Origin: Methanocaldococcus indicus | GTDB lineage: Archaea > AGJL01 > Methanococci > Methanococcales > Methanocaldococcaceae | Direction of reading: 5' to 3' | DNA length: 64,000 nt | NCBI RefSeq assembly: GCF_049554935.1 | Contig: NZ_CP186926.1 | Coordinates: forward strand, 736,001-800,000 | Shown: in pieces, positions 12,001-23,021 of the stretch | Layout: every line of letters begins with the position of its first letter | Position numbering within the stretch: the first letter of the stretch is position 1 | Made by a program: the position numbers and the translations under genes | Notes under the pieces: generated by a model | What the model was told of the DNA's origin: nothing | The model's input: only the letters and a program-made list of their open reading frames with translations | The model's database searches: none

Positions 12001-13188
12001 CTACTTAGCAGAGACAATTTTTATAATATCTCCATCCTCTAATTCATAATCTGCTGAAATTCTCATTTTGTTTCTTGCATTAATTGCATAAATAAATCCT
12101 TCTCCTAAATCAGTATGAATTTTATAAGCAAGTTCTCTTGCAGTTGTTCCTTTTTTAACTAAATAAGCATCTGGCAAAACATTTCCTTGTTTATCTGAAA
12201 ATTTATTTTCATCCTCAACTGGATAGACAACAATCATATTCAATAAATCAAAGTATGCCTTATTTAGACATTCTCTTACTCCTGTTGTTTTATACTTATC
12301 TAAAAATTCTTTAATAAATTCAAATGCTTTTTTCATTTGATTATTTAATTTAGATTCATCCAATATTATAAAATCTTCTCTATCCTCTTTATAAATCCTC
12401 TTTATTATTCCAGCTTTTTCTGCTTTTTTCAAAGCCAACTCTATTTCAGCAGATGTTGGAACAACTATAAAATCTTTAAACTCCTCTTTTAGTTTTTTAA
12501 TATTTTTTTCAGCATCTGGATGGTCTGCTTTGTTAGCAGCTATGATAATTGGTTTAGAAATTTCTCTCAACTTTCTTGCCAAGTATTTTAAATCTTCATT
12601 AGTCCATTTTATTGGAGATTCATCTAAATCTCTTATTGCATATTTTATATCTTGCTCATCTATATTTAATCCACTTAACTGTTCTTTTAAAGCTTTAACT
12701 ATATTTTTTTCTTGTTGAGCTCTTCTTGAAAGTTTATCCCAGTTTTTTGTTAATATATTGTAAATCCACATATCTATCTCTTCTAATATAAATTTAACAT
12801 CCTCAACAGGGTTACCTTCCCCAGGATTTCCTTCTTTATCTGTTTTTCCTGAGGCATCTACAACCAATATTAATGCATCTGCTCTTCTCAAATCATCTAA
12901 GAATTTGTTTCCCATACCTCTACCTTCATATGCCTTAGGGACTAATCCAGCAACATCTAAAACTTCAACAGGGATATATCTAGTTCCTTCTATACACAGA
13001 GAGTTTTTGGGACTACATTTTAAATTTAGTTCCTTACAAGGACAAGGTTTAGTTACATATCCAATTCCTTTATTTGGCTCAATTGTTGTAAATGGATAAT
13101 TTCCTATTTCAGCTGGTTTTTCAGTTAAAGCAGAAAAGAAAGTAGATTTTCCAACATTTGGCTTTCCAACTAATCCAACTAATGCCAT
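12001..13188 (-). CDS. ychF: YchF/Obg-family GTPase/ATPase with TGS domain
   Basis: GKPNVGKST, YPFTTIEPN, DVAGL and NKAD motifs; C-terminal TGS domain. Confidence 0.9.
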   Translation of the reverse strand: MALVGLVGKPNVGKSTFFSALTEKPAEIGNYPFTTIEPNKGIGYVTKPCPCKELNLKCSPKNSLCIEGTRYIPVEVLDVAGLVPKAYEGRGMGNKFLDDLRRADALILVVDASGKTDKEGNPGEGNPVEDVKFILEEIDMWIYNILTKNWDKLSRRAQQEKNIVKALKEQLSGLNIDEQDIKYAIRDLDESPIKWTNEDLKYLARKLREISKPIIIAANKADHPDAEKNIKKLKEEFKDFIVVPTSAEIELALKKAEKAGIIKRIYKEDREDFIILDESKLNNQMKKAFEFIKEFLDKYKTTGVRECLNKAYFDLLNMIVVYPVEDENKFSDKQGNVLPDAYLVKKGTTARELAYKIHTDLGEGFIYAINARNKMRISADYELEDGDIIKIVSAK

Positions 13189-13261
13189 ACTTTCACCAAA
13201 AATAAAATTTTTTATACCTTAATAGTTATAAATTACTTTTAACAATTTTTCTGGTGTTTAA

Positions 13262-13990
13262 ATGTTAGCAGAGGATATAATAAAAGTTATTGAAAAATTT
13301 GCTCCAAAAGATTTAGCAATTGAAGGAGATAATGTTGGTTTATTATTTGGTAGAGAAGATAGAGAAGTTGAGAAGATTGGAATTGCATTAGATTGCTCTT
13401 TAATGGTTTTAGAAAAAGCTTATAAATTAGATATTGACTTTCTTTTTACTCATCATCCAATATTAAAAAATCCTGTTAATAGATTTACAAACATAATATA
13501 TAAAAAATTAAAGCTTCTTGCTGATAAGGATATTGTTCTCTACACTGCCCACACAAATTTAGACATATGCAAAAATGGATTAAATGATACTTTGGCAGAA
13601 TTTTTTAATTTGAAGGATGTTGAGCCTCTCTATGATAATGGATTGGGGAGAGTTGGAATTTTTGAGAATTCTTTTGATGAGTTTTTAAATTTGGTTAAAG
13701 AATTGGAAAAGAACTATGTTTTAGTTAAAAGCAAAGAGATAAAAGATAATTTTAAATTAGCTGTTCTCTCAGGTTATGGTTTATCTCAAAAAGATATTGA
13801 ATATGTCTCAAATAAAGCAGATGTTTATCTTTCTGGGGATTTAACACACCACTCTAAAATCTTAGCTGAGGAATTGAAGTTAGTTGTTGTAGATGCCACT
13901 CACTACTCAACAGAGGTTTTAGGTTTAAAGAAAGTTAAAGAGTATCTTGAAAATAAATTAAATAAAAAAATTATTAGCTTAGATTTTTGA
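13262..13990 (+). CDS. Nif3-like dinuclear metal protein (HcgD-type)
   Basis: GDNVGL, THHP, HTNLD and ATHYSTE motifs. Confidence 0.88.
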   Translation: MLAEDIIKVIEKFAPKDLAIEGDNVGLLFGREDREVEKIGIALDCSLMVLEKAYKLDIDFLFTHHPILKNPVNRFTNIIYKKLKLLADKDIVLYTAHTNLDICKNGLNDTLAEFFNLKDVEPLYDNGLGRVGIFENSFDEFLNLVKELEKNYVLVKSKEIKDNFKLAVLSGYGLSQKDIEYVSNKADVYLSGDLTHHSKILAEELKLVVVDATHYSTEVLGLKKVKEYLENKLNKKIISLDF

Positions 13991-13999
13991 GGTGATAAC

Positions 14000-15769
14000 T
14001 TGAAAAAAATTTTAGCATTTCTGTGTTTGTTCTTTTTAATATCTTCAAATTTAGCAGTTATTATAAAAGCTCCTGCTGTTTCAGAAACTGAAGCAGGAAC
14101 TTATAAAGGAGTTCCAATAACTTTTGATATAGAGGTTTCTAATGGAACTGGACATGTTTTTATGGATACACTTCCTTTAACTCAAATGGATATGCAAGGT
14201 TCTGCAAGAATAGCTGCAAAAGTAGCTGGAGAAGTTACTGGAAAGAATATGAACAAATATAATGTCTATATAACTGTTAGAAGTGATGTGCCATTTGTTG
14301 GTGGTCCATCTGCTGGAGGTACTATGTGTGTTGGAATCATAGCAGATTTATTAAATCTCTCTATTAATCATAGAGTTATGATGACAGGAGCTATAAATCC
14401 TGATGGTTCTATTGGTCCAGTAGGAGGAATTTTAGAGAAGATTGAAGCTGCTAAAGAGGCTAACTGTACAATAATGTTAATTCCAAAAGGTCAAAGATAC
14501 ATAAAAGTTGAAGGTAGAGTAATAGATGCTGTTGAGTTTGGAAAGAAATTAGGGGTTAAAGTTTATGAAGTAGGAAATATTTATGAAGCTCTTTCATACT
14601 TCACTGGAAAAAAATTCAAAATGAAAGAATATCCAGAGAATCCAGCAATTGAAGAGAAATATAAAAATATAATGAAAAATTTATATTTAAAGGTTATAAA
14701 TAGAGCTAATGAAAAATACAAGAAAGTTAGCAATATTTTAAATACTTACTACTTTGGATATGAATATCAATATTTTTTAACAAATGAGCTAAATAAAGCT
14801 AAAAAGCTTTTAGATGAGGCAAATGATGCTTATTTAAATGGAGATTATTATACAGCAACATCAAAAGCTTTCAATGCAATGATTATATTGGAGAAAATAG
14901 ATGGATTTATCCAATATCTTTCAGGAGATATAACTGTTAGAGATTATCTTCTGCAAACACAAAAAATTATTGATAAAGATAAAAAACTTGTTTATTCAAA
15001 AAATTTAACTACTGGAAACTTTGAAGAAGTTTTAGCTGGAAGAGAGAGAATATTTGAAGCAGAAAATATCTTAAATAATGCTTGGAAATCTTACTACAAT
15101 GGAGATATAAAAGATGCAATAGAAAATGCTGCCTATGCAAGAATGAGAGCTGAAAGTGCTGTATGGTGGATAAACTTAGCTAATGAATCAGGAAAAGAAC
15201 TAAATAAAAATAAATTAAGAGTATTAGCTCAGCAGTATTTAGATAATGCTGAGACAGTATATGGATATGTTGTAAGTATGTATCCTAACTTATTTACAAA
15301 CTTTAATGATTTAGATGAGGCAAAAGAAGCTTATGACAATGGAGATTATCTATTATCTATAGCTAAGAGTATAGATGTTTGTGTAAAAGCAGATATTCCA
15401 TTGGTTATGTTTTCAGATATAAACTATCTTAAAAAATATGCTAAAAATAAAATTGATATGGCAGAATATTATAATATAACTCCTCTCTCAGCTCTATCAT
15501 ATTATGAGTATGCAAATAGCTTTAATGACACATTATCAAAAATTATGTATTATAAATATTCCTCATACTATGCTCAAATGGACATGGATGTTATAAAATC
15601 CCAAAACTATAAATTGGAAAAATTAGAGCCAACTTATGTAGTTGAAGAAAATGAGGTTGTTGAAGAAAATGGCAATATTCCCCCAAATATATCATATATA
15701 GTATTATCTTTCCTATCAGGATTATTTATTGGATTGTTTGGAGGATATATTTCAAGAAGATTTACTTAA
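14000..15769 (+). CDS. Exported, membrane-anchored S16 (Lon-like) serine protease
   Basis: Signal peptide; GGPSAG (Ser) and GPVGGILEK (Lys) dyad; C-terminal transmembrane helix. Confidence 0.85.
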   Translation: MKKILAFLCLFFLISSNLAVIIKAPAVSETEAGTYKGVPITFDIEVSNGTGHVFMDTLPLTQMDMQGSARIAAKVAGEVTGKNMNKYNVYITVRSDVPFVGGPSAGGTMCVGIIADLLNLSINHRVMMTGAINPDGSIGPVGGILEKIEAAKEANCTIMLIPKGQRYIKVEGRVIDAVEFGKKLGVKVYEVGNIYEALSYFTGKKFKMKEYPENPAIEEKYKNIMKNLYLKVINRANEKYKKVSNILNTYYFGYEYQYFLTNELNKAKKLLDEANDAYLNGDYYTATSKAFNAMIILEKIDGFIQYLSGDITVRDYLLQTQKIIDKDKKLVYSKNLTTGNFEEVLAGRERIFEAENILNNAWKSYYNGDIKDAIENAAYARMRAESAVWWINLANESGKELNKNKLRVLAQQYLDNAETVYGYVVSMYPNLFTNFNDLDEAKEAYDNGDYLLSIAKSIDVCVKADIPLVMFSDINYLKKYAKNKIDMAEYYNITPLSALSYYEYANSFNDTLSKIMYYKYSSYYAQMDMDVIKSQNYKLEKLEPTYVVEENEVVEENGNIPPNISYIVLSFLSGLFIGLFGGYISRRFT

Positions 15770-17207
15770 TCATTCCTCTCTCTTTTTGCCATTTCATTCT
15801 TAAACCTAATATACATGGCCCTCCTCTATTTCCTCCAATAGGAACTTTTGGAGTACCTAAACAGTTCATACACCTTGCCATGACAGAAGCTCCTAATGCT
15901 AATCCATCTTCTACAAATACAACATTTTCCTCTACTTTATCCCAAATATTTAGCTTCTCTAATTTCTCTAAAATTAACTCTGGTTTTTTTCCTGTTATTC
16001 CTGCTCTACCAGTCACACCAACAGCAGTTCTGTCAGATATTAATCCTTTTTTGTATGCAAGTTCTACCAATCTATAAACTACATCAGACATAACATAATC
16101 TAAACATGACAATAAAGTAGAGATATTACTTTTTTCAACTAACTCCTTACCTAATTCTGTTAATTTATAAAGTTTATCTCCATTCTCTCCAACATCACAA
16201 CCTATAAGTGTAGTTCCAGCCTTTTTAGCAGCTTCTACATCTACTGGAACTGTTCCAAATCTATTAACTCCTTCTGGAACTTTCCTAATATCTATATATT
16301 TATGTATTTTTTCAGCATATTCCTTAGCAAGTTCTTCATTTGCTTTTCCATCAGGTTTTAAATCTAAAACAGCTCCAGTTTTTTCATCTATTTTTCCAGA
16401 ACCTCTTGCAATTGCATCTGCAATAGCTCCAGCTAATCCACATAAATTACCAATAACTTTTGCATAGGGTAGTTCATCATTTGTTATTCTTCCTGCTAAT
16501 GTTGTCCCAAAATCAATACTCATACAAGGATTTCTAAAATCTACATGAGTCCATTTACTACCAACTTTTACTCCTGCTGTTACCAATTCTCCCTCCATTT
16601 CATTAGCAACAACTTCCTTTCCAGTTGGTGGTAGAACTCCTGTTACAGCCCCATCAAATATAATCTTATCTAAGAAAGAATATTTATCAAAAGGTTTAGG
16701 TAGTTGGTCTTTTGTCATAGCAGGAGTCATTTTTTGTGGAGGGACACCAGCAAGCATACAACCTTGAGCTAAGGCTATTATAACTTCACCAACCTCCTCA
16801 GGAGAAGCAAATCCAGCAGTAACTCCAGTACTTCTAACAACAAAGTGCAAATCATCAATAGTTAAGTTGGCTTTTTTTAAACTCTCTAAAAGAACATCTC
16901 TAACCATCTCAGCAACAGCTTCTCTTGACAACTCAACTCCCCATAAAGTTTTACCAAAAATCTTCTCTCCTTTTTTTGGCTTCCTAACATCTCTTGTCAT
17001 TCTTACATACTTACTTACTATATAGGTTTTTCCAGTATCCATATTTGTAGCAGTTATTATTGATTTTGTTGTTGTATTCCCCAACTCAACAGATGCAACA
17101 ATATAATAAGGATTCCTTTTTAATTCTATTAAATCAACACTTTGAGATTTTGCATAAGCTATATTTTTTTTCTTTTTGAATAGATTTTTTAGAAATTCCA
17201 GTACCAT
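15762..17207 (-). CDS. Methanogenesis marker protein 14
   Basis: [18 protein letters not shown] and [10 protein letters not shown] motifs. Confidence 0.88.
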   Translation of the reverse strand: MVLEFLKNLFKKKKNIAYAKSQSVDLIELKRNPYYIVASVELGNTTTKSIITATNMDTGKTYIVSKYVRMTRDVRKPKKGEKIFGKTLWGVELSREAVAEMVRDVLLESLKKANLTIDDLHFVVRSTGVTAGFASPEEVGEVIIALAQGCMLAGVPPQKMTPAMTKDQLPKPFDKYSFLDKIIFDGAVTGVLPPTGKEVVANEMEGELVTAGVKVGSKWTHVDFRNPCMSIDFGTTLAGRITNDELPYAKVIGNLCGLAGAIADAIARGSGKIDEKTGAVLDLKPDGKANEELAKEYAEKIHKYIDIRKVPEGVNRFGTVPVDVEAAKKAGTTLIGCDVGENGDKLYKLTELGKELVEKSNISTLLSCLDYVMSDVVYRLVELAYKKGLISDRTAVGVTGRAGITGKKPELILEKLEKLNIWDKVEENVVFVEDGLALGASVMARCMNCLGTPKVPIGGNRGGPCILGLRMKWQKERGMIK

Positions 17208-17652
17208 AACATCTCACCAAAAATTAAATTTATTTTCTTTAAAATAAATTTTTAAATTCTATATTTAAAATTTTTATGGTTATATTTATCACGCTAAAAA
17301 TTTTTATTTTTTGATTTTATTTGATTTTAGTTGGTTATTTTTAATTTAAATGATTTTTAGGAAAATTCAGAGGGGGTCATTATTTTGAATATTTTATATA
17401 TTTTGATTATATAATTTATTGAGATTTTTTAGTGTTTTATGTTGTTTCTTCTAATATTTGTAAATCTCTAATAAATTGGTTTAGTTTTTAGATATAAAAA
17501 ATTTTTATTGGATTAATAGGAAATAGAAAGATTTTTATAAAAGTTCAAAGGTATATAAATAAATAGGGAAACCTACCCTTCAAAAATTTTTGTGTAGAAA
17601 AGCTTATATATGAGAAGGTCGTTAATGTTATTATGTCTAAAATGTGCCTCCT
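17208..17652 (+). promoter_or_regulatory. CRISPR leader with BRE/TATA (GAAAAGCTTATATAT, 17597-17611)
   Basis: Long non-coding AT-rich tract abutting the first repeat; the upstream boundary is uncertain. Confidence 0.7.
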
Positions 17653-17821
17653 GTTAAAATCGAGCCTCTTGGAGGATGGAAATCAACTAACTGAAAATCT
17701 CCTTTTTTTCTTTTATATGAGTTAAAATCGAGCCTCTTGGAGGATGGAAATTAGTAATAATCTCTCCCATCATCTGCCTCTTCTTCAAGTTAAAATGTTA
17801 AAATCGAGCCTCTTGGAGGAT
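17653..17821 (+). CRISPR. Mini CRISPR array: 3 repeats, 2 spacers, no cas genes in the window
   Basis: GTTAAAATCGAGCCTCTTGGAGGATGGAAA at 17653-17682 and 17721-17750; degenerate copy 17797-17821; 38-nt spacers at 17683-17720 and 17751-17788. Confidence 0.93.
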
Positions 17822-17944
17822 AAAGATTCATATGAGCTATTTTTTATCTATTAATTTAAAAATTTAAATTCATAAGATAGTAGTTATCTTTATAAATAGC
17901 TAATAATAAAATTTTATAATTAAAAGTTTTTTAAGGTTTTAAAT

Positions 17945-19426
17945 ATGGAAAAAGATATTATAACAATATGTCCAATATGTTTTAAAAGAATTAAAGGAAA
18001 ATTAATAGAGAAAGATAACAAGGTTTATGTTATAAAAAAATGTGAAGAACATGGAGAGTTTAAAGATATCTATTTTGGAGATTATGAAACATATAAAAAA
18101 TTCAGCAAATACTATTTTACAAATAAAGTAAAATCTCCAATAACTAAAATTGAAAAAGGATGTCCTTTTGATTGTGGATTATGCCCAAATCATAAATCAG
18201 AGAGTGTTTTAGTTAATATAGATGTAACAAATAGATGTAATTTAAATTGTCCAATATGCTTTGCAAATGCTAATAAAACAGGTAAAGTTTATGAGCCAAG
18301 TTTTGAAAAAATTAAGGAAATGATGATTAATCTAAGAAAGTTAGGAGTTCCTTACTTACAGTTTGCTGGTGGAGAGCCAACAGTTAGAGATGATATTTTT
18401 GAGCTAATAAAGTTGGCTAAGGATTTAGGATTTTTAAATATTCAATTAGCTACTAATGGAATAAAACTCAAAGATAAGGAATATGTTAAAAAACTGTTAG
18501 ATGCAGGATTAAACACTATCTATTTACAATTTGATGGTTTATCTGAGAAACCATATTTAATAGCAAGAGGTAAGAATCTATTTCCAATTAAAGATAAAGT
18601 TATTAAAAATTGTAGAGAAGTTGGATTTAATGGTGTTGTATTAGTTCCTACTTTGGTTAAAAATGTTAATGATAATGAGGTTGGAGATATCATTAAATAT
18701 GCTGTTGATAATTTTGATGTTGTTAGAGGAATTAACTTCCAACCTGTTTCTTTTGTTGGGAGAGTTGATGAAGAAGTAAGATTAAAAGGAAGAATAACAA
18801 TTCCTGACTTTATAAAGTTAGTTGAAGAACAAACAAATGGAGAGATATTAAAAGATGATTTCTATCCTGTATCTATTGAGTATCCAATATCCAAATTTGT
18901 AAGTAAATTAATTAATAAGGATAAAGTAGCTATATCTTGTCATCCTTGTTGTGGAGTAGCAACATACATATTTGTAGAAGATGGAAAAATAATCCCAATA
19001 ACAAGATTTTTAGATGTTGAGGGATTTATTGAGTTTATAAATGAAAATATAGAGAATTTAGATTCAAAAGTCAATAAGTTAAAGGTATTGGGAGAGTTAT
19101 TAATAAAAATTAAAAGATTTATTGATTTTGAAAAAGCTCCAAAATGCCTAAATATGAGAGAAATGCTAAACCTATTAGTCAATACTTTAAAAGGAGATTA
19201 TTCTGCTGCTGTTAAACTACATCATAAGATGTTAATGATTGGATGTATGCACTTTATGGATGGATATAACTTTGACATTGATAGAGTTAGTAGATGTGTT
19301 ATACACTATGCTCTACCAGATGGAAAAATAATTCCATTCTGTTCTTACAATTTGTTATATAGAGAGATGTATGAAAACAAATACTCCATACCAATAGAAG
19401 AGTGGAAGAATGCTAAAAGAATGTGA
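17945..19426 (+). CDS. tes: Tetraether lipid synthase / GDGT-macrocyclic archaeol synthase (radical SAM)
   Basis: N-terminal CPIC...CEEH, CPFDCGLCPNH, CNLNCPIC, FQPVSF, CMHFMD and PFCSY; followed by DUF167. Confidence 0.88.
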   Translation: MEKDIITICPICFKRIKGKLIEKDNKVYVIKKCEEHGEFKDIYFGDYETYKKFSKYYFTNKVKSPITKIEKGCPFDCGLCPNHKSESVLVNIDVTNRCNLNCPICFANANKTGKVYEPSFEKIKEMMINLRKLGVPYLQFAGGEPTVRDDIFELIKLAKDLGFLNIQLATNGIKLKDKEYVKKLLDAGLNTIYLQFDGLSEKPYLIARGKNLFPIKDKVIKNCREVGFNGVVLVPTLVKNVNDNEVGDIIKYAVDNFDVVRGINFQPVSFVGRVDEEVRLKGRITIPDFIKLVEEQTNGEILKDDFYPVSIEYPISKFVSKLINKDKVAISCHPCCGVATYIFVEDGKIIPITRFLDVEGFIEFINENIENLDSKVNKLKVLGELLIKIKRFIDFEKAPKCLNMREMLNLLVNTLKGDYSAAVKLHHKMLMIGCMHFMDGYNFDIDRVSRCVIHYALPDGKIIPFCSYNLLYREMYENKYSIPIEEWKNAKRM

Positions 19427-19703
19427 AGGAGGAGTGTTGTTAGATATTGAAGTTCAAGCCAATGCAAAGAAAACTGAAATATATAAGATAAATGAATGGA
19501 GAAAAAGAATTATTGTGAAAGTTAAATCTCCACCAGTAGATGGAAAAGCTAATAAAGAGCTTATAAAATTCTTTTCTAATAACTTTGGAAAAGCTAAGAT
19601 TATTAAAGGTGAAAAATCTAATTTAAAAACTATTTTTATAGAAGAAAAGAAAGAAAAAGTTTTAGAAAAGTTGAGAAAATGGATAGATGTGAAAAATTTA
19701 TAA
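19410..19703 (+). CDS. DUF167 (UPF0235) protein
   Basis: SPPVDGKANKEL and IIKGEKS motifs. Confidence 0.88.
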   Translation: MLKECEGGVLLDIEVQANAKKTEIYKINEWRKRIIVKVKSPPVDGKANKELIKFFSNNFGKAKIIKGEKSNLKTIFIEEKKEKVLEKLRKWIDVKNL

Positions 19704-20650
19704 AATATATGGAAGAAGAAAATATAAAAAAAGCTGTTATTTTAAAGAAAGAAAATATAAACTATTTTTTAGGAAGATATTTTCCAAGTTTTGGAGTTTT
19801 AGTTTTTGAAGATAAACCTTATCTTTATGTTGGTAAGTTGAATAAAGATTTAGCTGAAACTTACAATATAGAAGTTAGAGAATTCAAAGATTGGAAAGAT
19901 ATTTTTAAAGATGTAGATGGTGTAGAGGAAGAACTACCAATTAAATTTTTAAAATATTTAAATAAGTATAAAACAATATCTCAAAAAATAAAAGAGATGA
20001 GGATGATAAAAGAAAAGGATGAGATAGAAAAGATAAAAAAATCTGCTGAAATAGTTAGTAATTCCTTAAAAAATTTGGATTTTGATAAGAAAGAGATTGA
20101 ATTAGCTGGGGAAATAGAATATAGAATGAAAATAAACAACTCTTTAAAGCCTGCTTTTGATACAATAGTTATCTCAAAAGAGAAAACTTCATTTCCTCAT
20201 GCACTCCCAGAAGATAGGAAGATAGAAGATATTCTTTTAGTGGATTGTGGAGCAGTTTTTGAAGGTTACTGTTCAGATATAACAAGAACTTATATATTAA
20301 AAGAAGATAGTGAAATGAAAAAAATTTATAGGTTGGTTTATGAAGCTAAATGTTTAGTTGAAGACAACTTAAAAGAAGGGGTATCAACAAAATATTTGAC
20401 TGAATTAGTGAATAATTATTTTGGAAATTATAAAAAATACTTTATCCATTCATTAGGACATGGAGTTGGCTTGGAAGTCCATGAACTTCCTAATTTCAGA
20501 GAGGATTTTAAGTTAAAGGAGAATATGGTTATTACAATTGAGCCAGGTTTATATATAAAAAATAAGTTTGGTGTGAGAATAGAAGATTTATATTTAATAA
20601 AGAAAAATGGATTCAAAAGATTAACCAAAACAAAGATTGAAGAATATTAA
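19679..20650 (+). CDS. Xaa-Pro peptidase (M24 family)
   Basis: PHA, DCG...SDITRT, HSLGHGVGLEVHE, TIEPG and GVRIED motifs. Confidence 0.92.
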   Translation: MDRCEKFIKYMEEENIKKAVILKKENINYFLGRYFPSFGVLVFEDKPYLYVGKLNKDLAETYNIEVREFKDWKDIFKDVDGVEEELPIKFLKYLNKYKTISQKIKEMRMIKEKDEIEKIKKSAEIVSNSLKNLDFDKKEIELAGEIEYRMKINNSLKPAFDTIVISKEKTSFPHALPEDRKIEDILLVDCGAVFEGYCSDITRTYILKEDSEMKKIYRLVYEAKCLVEDNLKEGVSTKYLTELVNNYFGNYKKYFIHSLGHGVGLEVHELPNFREDFKLKENMVITIEPGLYIKNKFGVRIEDLYLIKKNGFKRLTKTKIEEY

Positions 20651-20664
20651 TAAGGGATATAAAT

Positions 20665-21414
20665 ATGATTGCTATAATTGGTGGAACTGGAATAAACAAG
20701 ATGTTAAAATTAGAAAGAGAAGAGAAGATAACTACTCCATATGGAAAAGCTAAGGTTATGAGAGATGACAATATTGTTTTGTTATTGAGGCATGGGGAAA
20801 AACATAACATTCCTCCTCATAAAATAAATTTTAGAGCTAATATATATGCTCTAAAAATGTTAGGTGTAGAGAGAATTTTAGCAATAAATTCTGTTGGCTC
20901 TTTAAAAGAAGATATACCTCCAGGAAGCTTCTTAATTCCTAATGATTTTATGGAATTCACTAAAAAGAGAGAAGAAACATTTTACAATAAAAGAGTAGTT
21001 CATATAGATTTAACACATCCTTTCTGTCCTGAACTAACAAATATATTAAAAGAGATTTTAGATAAAAACAAATTTGAATATAAAGAAGGAATATACATCT
21101 GCACAGAAGGTCCAAGATTTGAAACAAAGGCAGAGATTAGATTCTACAAAACTTTGGGAGATGTTGTAGGAATGACACTTTATCCAGAGGTTGTATTAGC
21201 AAGAGAGTTGGAGATGTGCTATGTATCTTTATGTAATATAACAAACTATGCCTGTGGAATCTCTAAAAATATTTTAACTGTTGAGGAAGTATTTGAAACT
21301 TTAAAAGAGATGGAAGAGAAGATTTTAAAAATTGTTGATGATTTTGTTAATTATAAATTCCCTAAAAGAAGTTGTATATGTAAAGATGCTGTAAAATTAG
21401 GTGAAATTAAGTAA
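20665..21414 (+). CDS. Methylthioadenosine/methylthioinosine phosphorylase
   Basis: IIGGTG, RHG, EGPRFET, VVGMT and TNYA motifs. Confidence 0.9.
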   Translation: MIAIIGGTGINKMLKLEREEKITTPYGKAKVMRDDNIVLLLRHGEKHNIPPHKINFRANIYALKMLGVERILAINSVGSLKEDIPPGSFLIPNDFMEFTKKREETFYNKRVVHIDLTHPFCPELTNILKEILDKNKFEYKEGIYICTEGPRFETKAEIRFYKTLGDVVGMTLYPEVVLARELEMCYVSLCNITNYACGISKNILTVEEVFETLKEMEEKILKIVDDFVNYKFPKRSCICKDAVKLGEIK

Positions 21415-21425
21415 AGTGAGAGAAT

Positions 21426-22193
21426 ATGGAATATGAAGAATTAGAAAATTTAGAAGGAGTTAGTAGGGAGATATACAACCATTTATTAGAGGATGTAAGA
21501 ATAAATACATTTTTAAAGATGTCTAATATTATGGCTGTTGGTAGGTTAGGATATAATGACCACGGAAGAGTTCATGCTAAAATAGTTGCAAACAATGCAA
21601 TAAAAATGCTAAAAATTTTAAATAAAAGAGGAATAGAGCCAAATTTTGTAAAAGATTGCAATGGAACATTTGAAGATTCTATAATAATAACTTTATTAGG
21701 AGCATATCTCCATGATATTGGAAACTCTATCCATAGAGATATTCATCATCTTCATTCAAGTTATTTGGCTAAGGACATTGTTATAGACATATTAAAAAAA
21801 TACTATCCTGAAAATAAAGCTTATCAAATGCTCACAGAAGTTTTGCATGCTATCTACTCACATAGTGAGGGAATTATGTGCTTAACAATTGAGGCAGGAG
21901 TTGTAGCCGTTGCAGATGGGACAGATATGACAAAAGGAAGGTCAAGAGTTCCAATAAAAAAAGGTTGTTATGATATTCATTCTATTTCATCTGCATCAAT
22001 TGAAAAAGTTATAATAAAAGAAGGGGAGAATAAACCAATTAAAATAGAAATTCTACTTACAAATGAAGCTGGTATATTTCAAATTCAAGAAATATTGGGA
22101 GAAAAAATAAAATGGAGTGGATTAAAAGATTATATTGAAGTTTATGCAAAGGTAATAAAAGAAGAAAGTATATTTAGAGAAATTGTTCTATAA
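21426..22193 (+). CDS. HD-domain phosphohydrolase
   Basis: YNDHG, LHDIG and ADGTD motifs. Confidence 0.85.
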   Translation: MEYEELENLEGVSREIYNHLLEDVRINTFLKMSNIMAVGRLGYNDHGRVHAKIVANNAIKMLKILNKRGIEPNFVKDCNGTFEDSIIITLLGAYLHDIGNSIHRDIHHLHSSYLAKDIVIDILKKYYPENKAYQMLTEVLHAIYSHSEGIMCLTIEAGVVAVADGTDMTKGRSRVPIKKGCYDIHSISSASIEKVIIKEGENKPIKIEILLTNEAGIFQIQEILGEKIKWSGLKDYIEVYAKVIKEESIFREIVL

Positions 22194-23021
22194 TTGCAAA
22201 ATAAGATTTGTGTGATAAATTTGATAATAGATTATATTAAAGAATTTATTTATAAGTATTATATTTTACCAGCAGAAACTGGAAGTGGTTATAATTTAGT
22301 TCAAGAAATTACTTATGGAGCTATTTTAGCTTTTGCATTGTATCTATTCTACTTAGGACTAAAAAAGTTAGATGTTAAGATAGATTTTAAATTTGCCATT
22401 CCTTCTGTTGTTTTTGCTGTATTAATTGCTTTAATGAGAGCTTTGGTAGATTTAGGATATATAGAAAGAAGTTTTTTAACAATTACTCCTGGAATTATCT
22501 TTTTAGTTGGAGGATTTTTCATTATAACAATTCTTTTATCAGCTTATTTTTTTAAAGATAATTATTATAAAGTTTCTGCTGTTATTGGGGCTATTCCATT
22601 ATTATATTTTTTAACTGTATTCTTTAAACATATTCATCATCCAGAAGCCTTTATTTATTTCATTTTATTATTTTCTCCTGTTTTAATAGTTGTATATTTA
22701 ATAAATAAAAAAATAAATATTTTAAAAGATAGATTAGATTATTTAGCAGTTATAGGGCAATTAACAGATGCAACTGCTACAACAGTTGGAATAGCATTTT
22801 TTCATTATTGGGAGCAGCATCCTATACCAAGATTTTTAATGGAGCACTTTACTCCTTACTCTTTCTTAATAATAAAAACAACTGTTGTTTTAGTTATTCT
22901 CTACATTCTAAATAAAGATGTAGATAATGAAGATTTAAGGAATATAATAAAGCTATGTATTATGGCATTAGGATTAGCTCCTGGATTAAGAGACTTATTT
23001 AGAACAATTATGGGAACTTAA
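22194..23021 (+). CDS. DUF63 family membrane protein (start probably TTG near 22221)
   Basis: GYN...TYG, DATAT, EQHP and LGLAPGLRD motifs. Confidence 0.82.
   Translation: MQNKICVINLIIDYIKEFIYKYYILPAETGSGYNLVQEITYGAILAFALYLFYLGLKKLDVKIDFKFAIPSVVFAVLIALMRALVDLGYIERSFLTITPGIIFLVGGFFIITILLSAYFFKDNYYKVSAVIGAIPLLYFLTVFFKHIHHPEAFIYFILLFSPVLIVVYLINKKINILKDRLDYLAVIGQLTDATATTVGIAFFHYWEQHPIPRFLMEHFTPYSFLIIKTTVVLVILYILNKDVDNEDLRNIIKLCIMALGLAPGLRDLFRTIMGT

Noticed and set aside
17683-17720. Spacer 1 self-targeting the MCP at about 45675 (TTTTCAGTTAG)
   Set aside because: Only about 11 nt match in AT-rich DNA, which is expected by chance.
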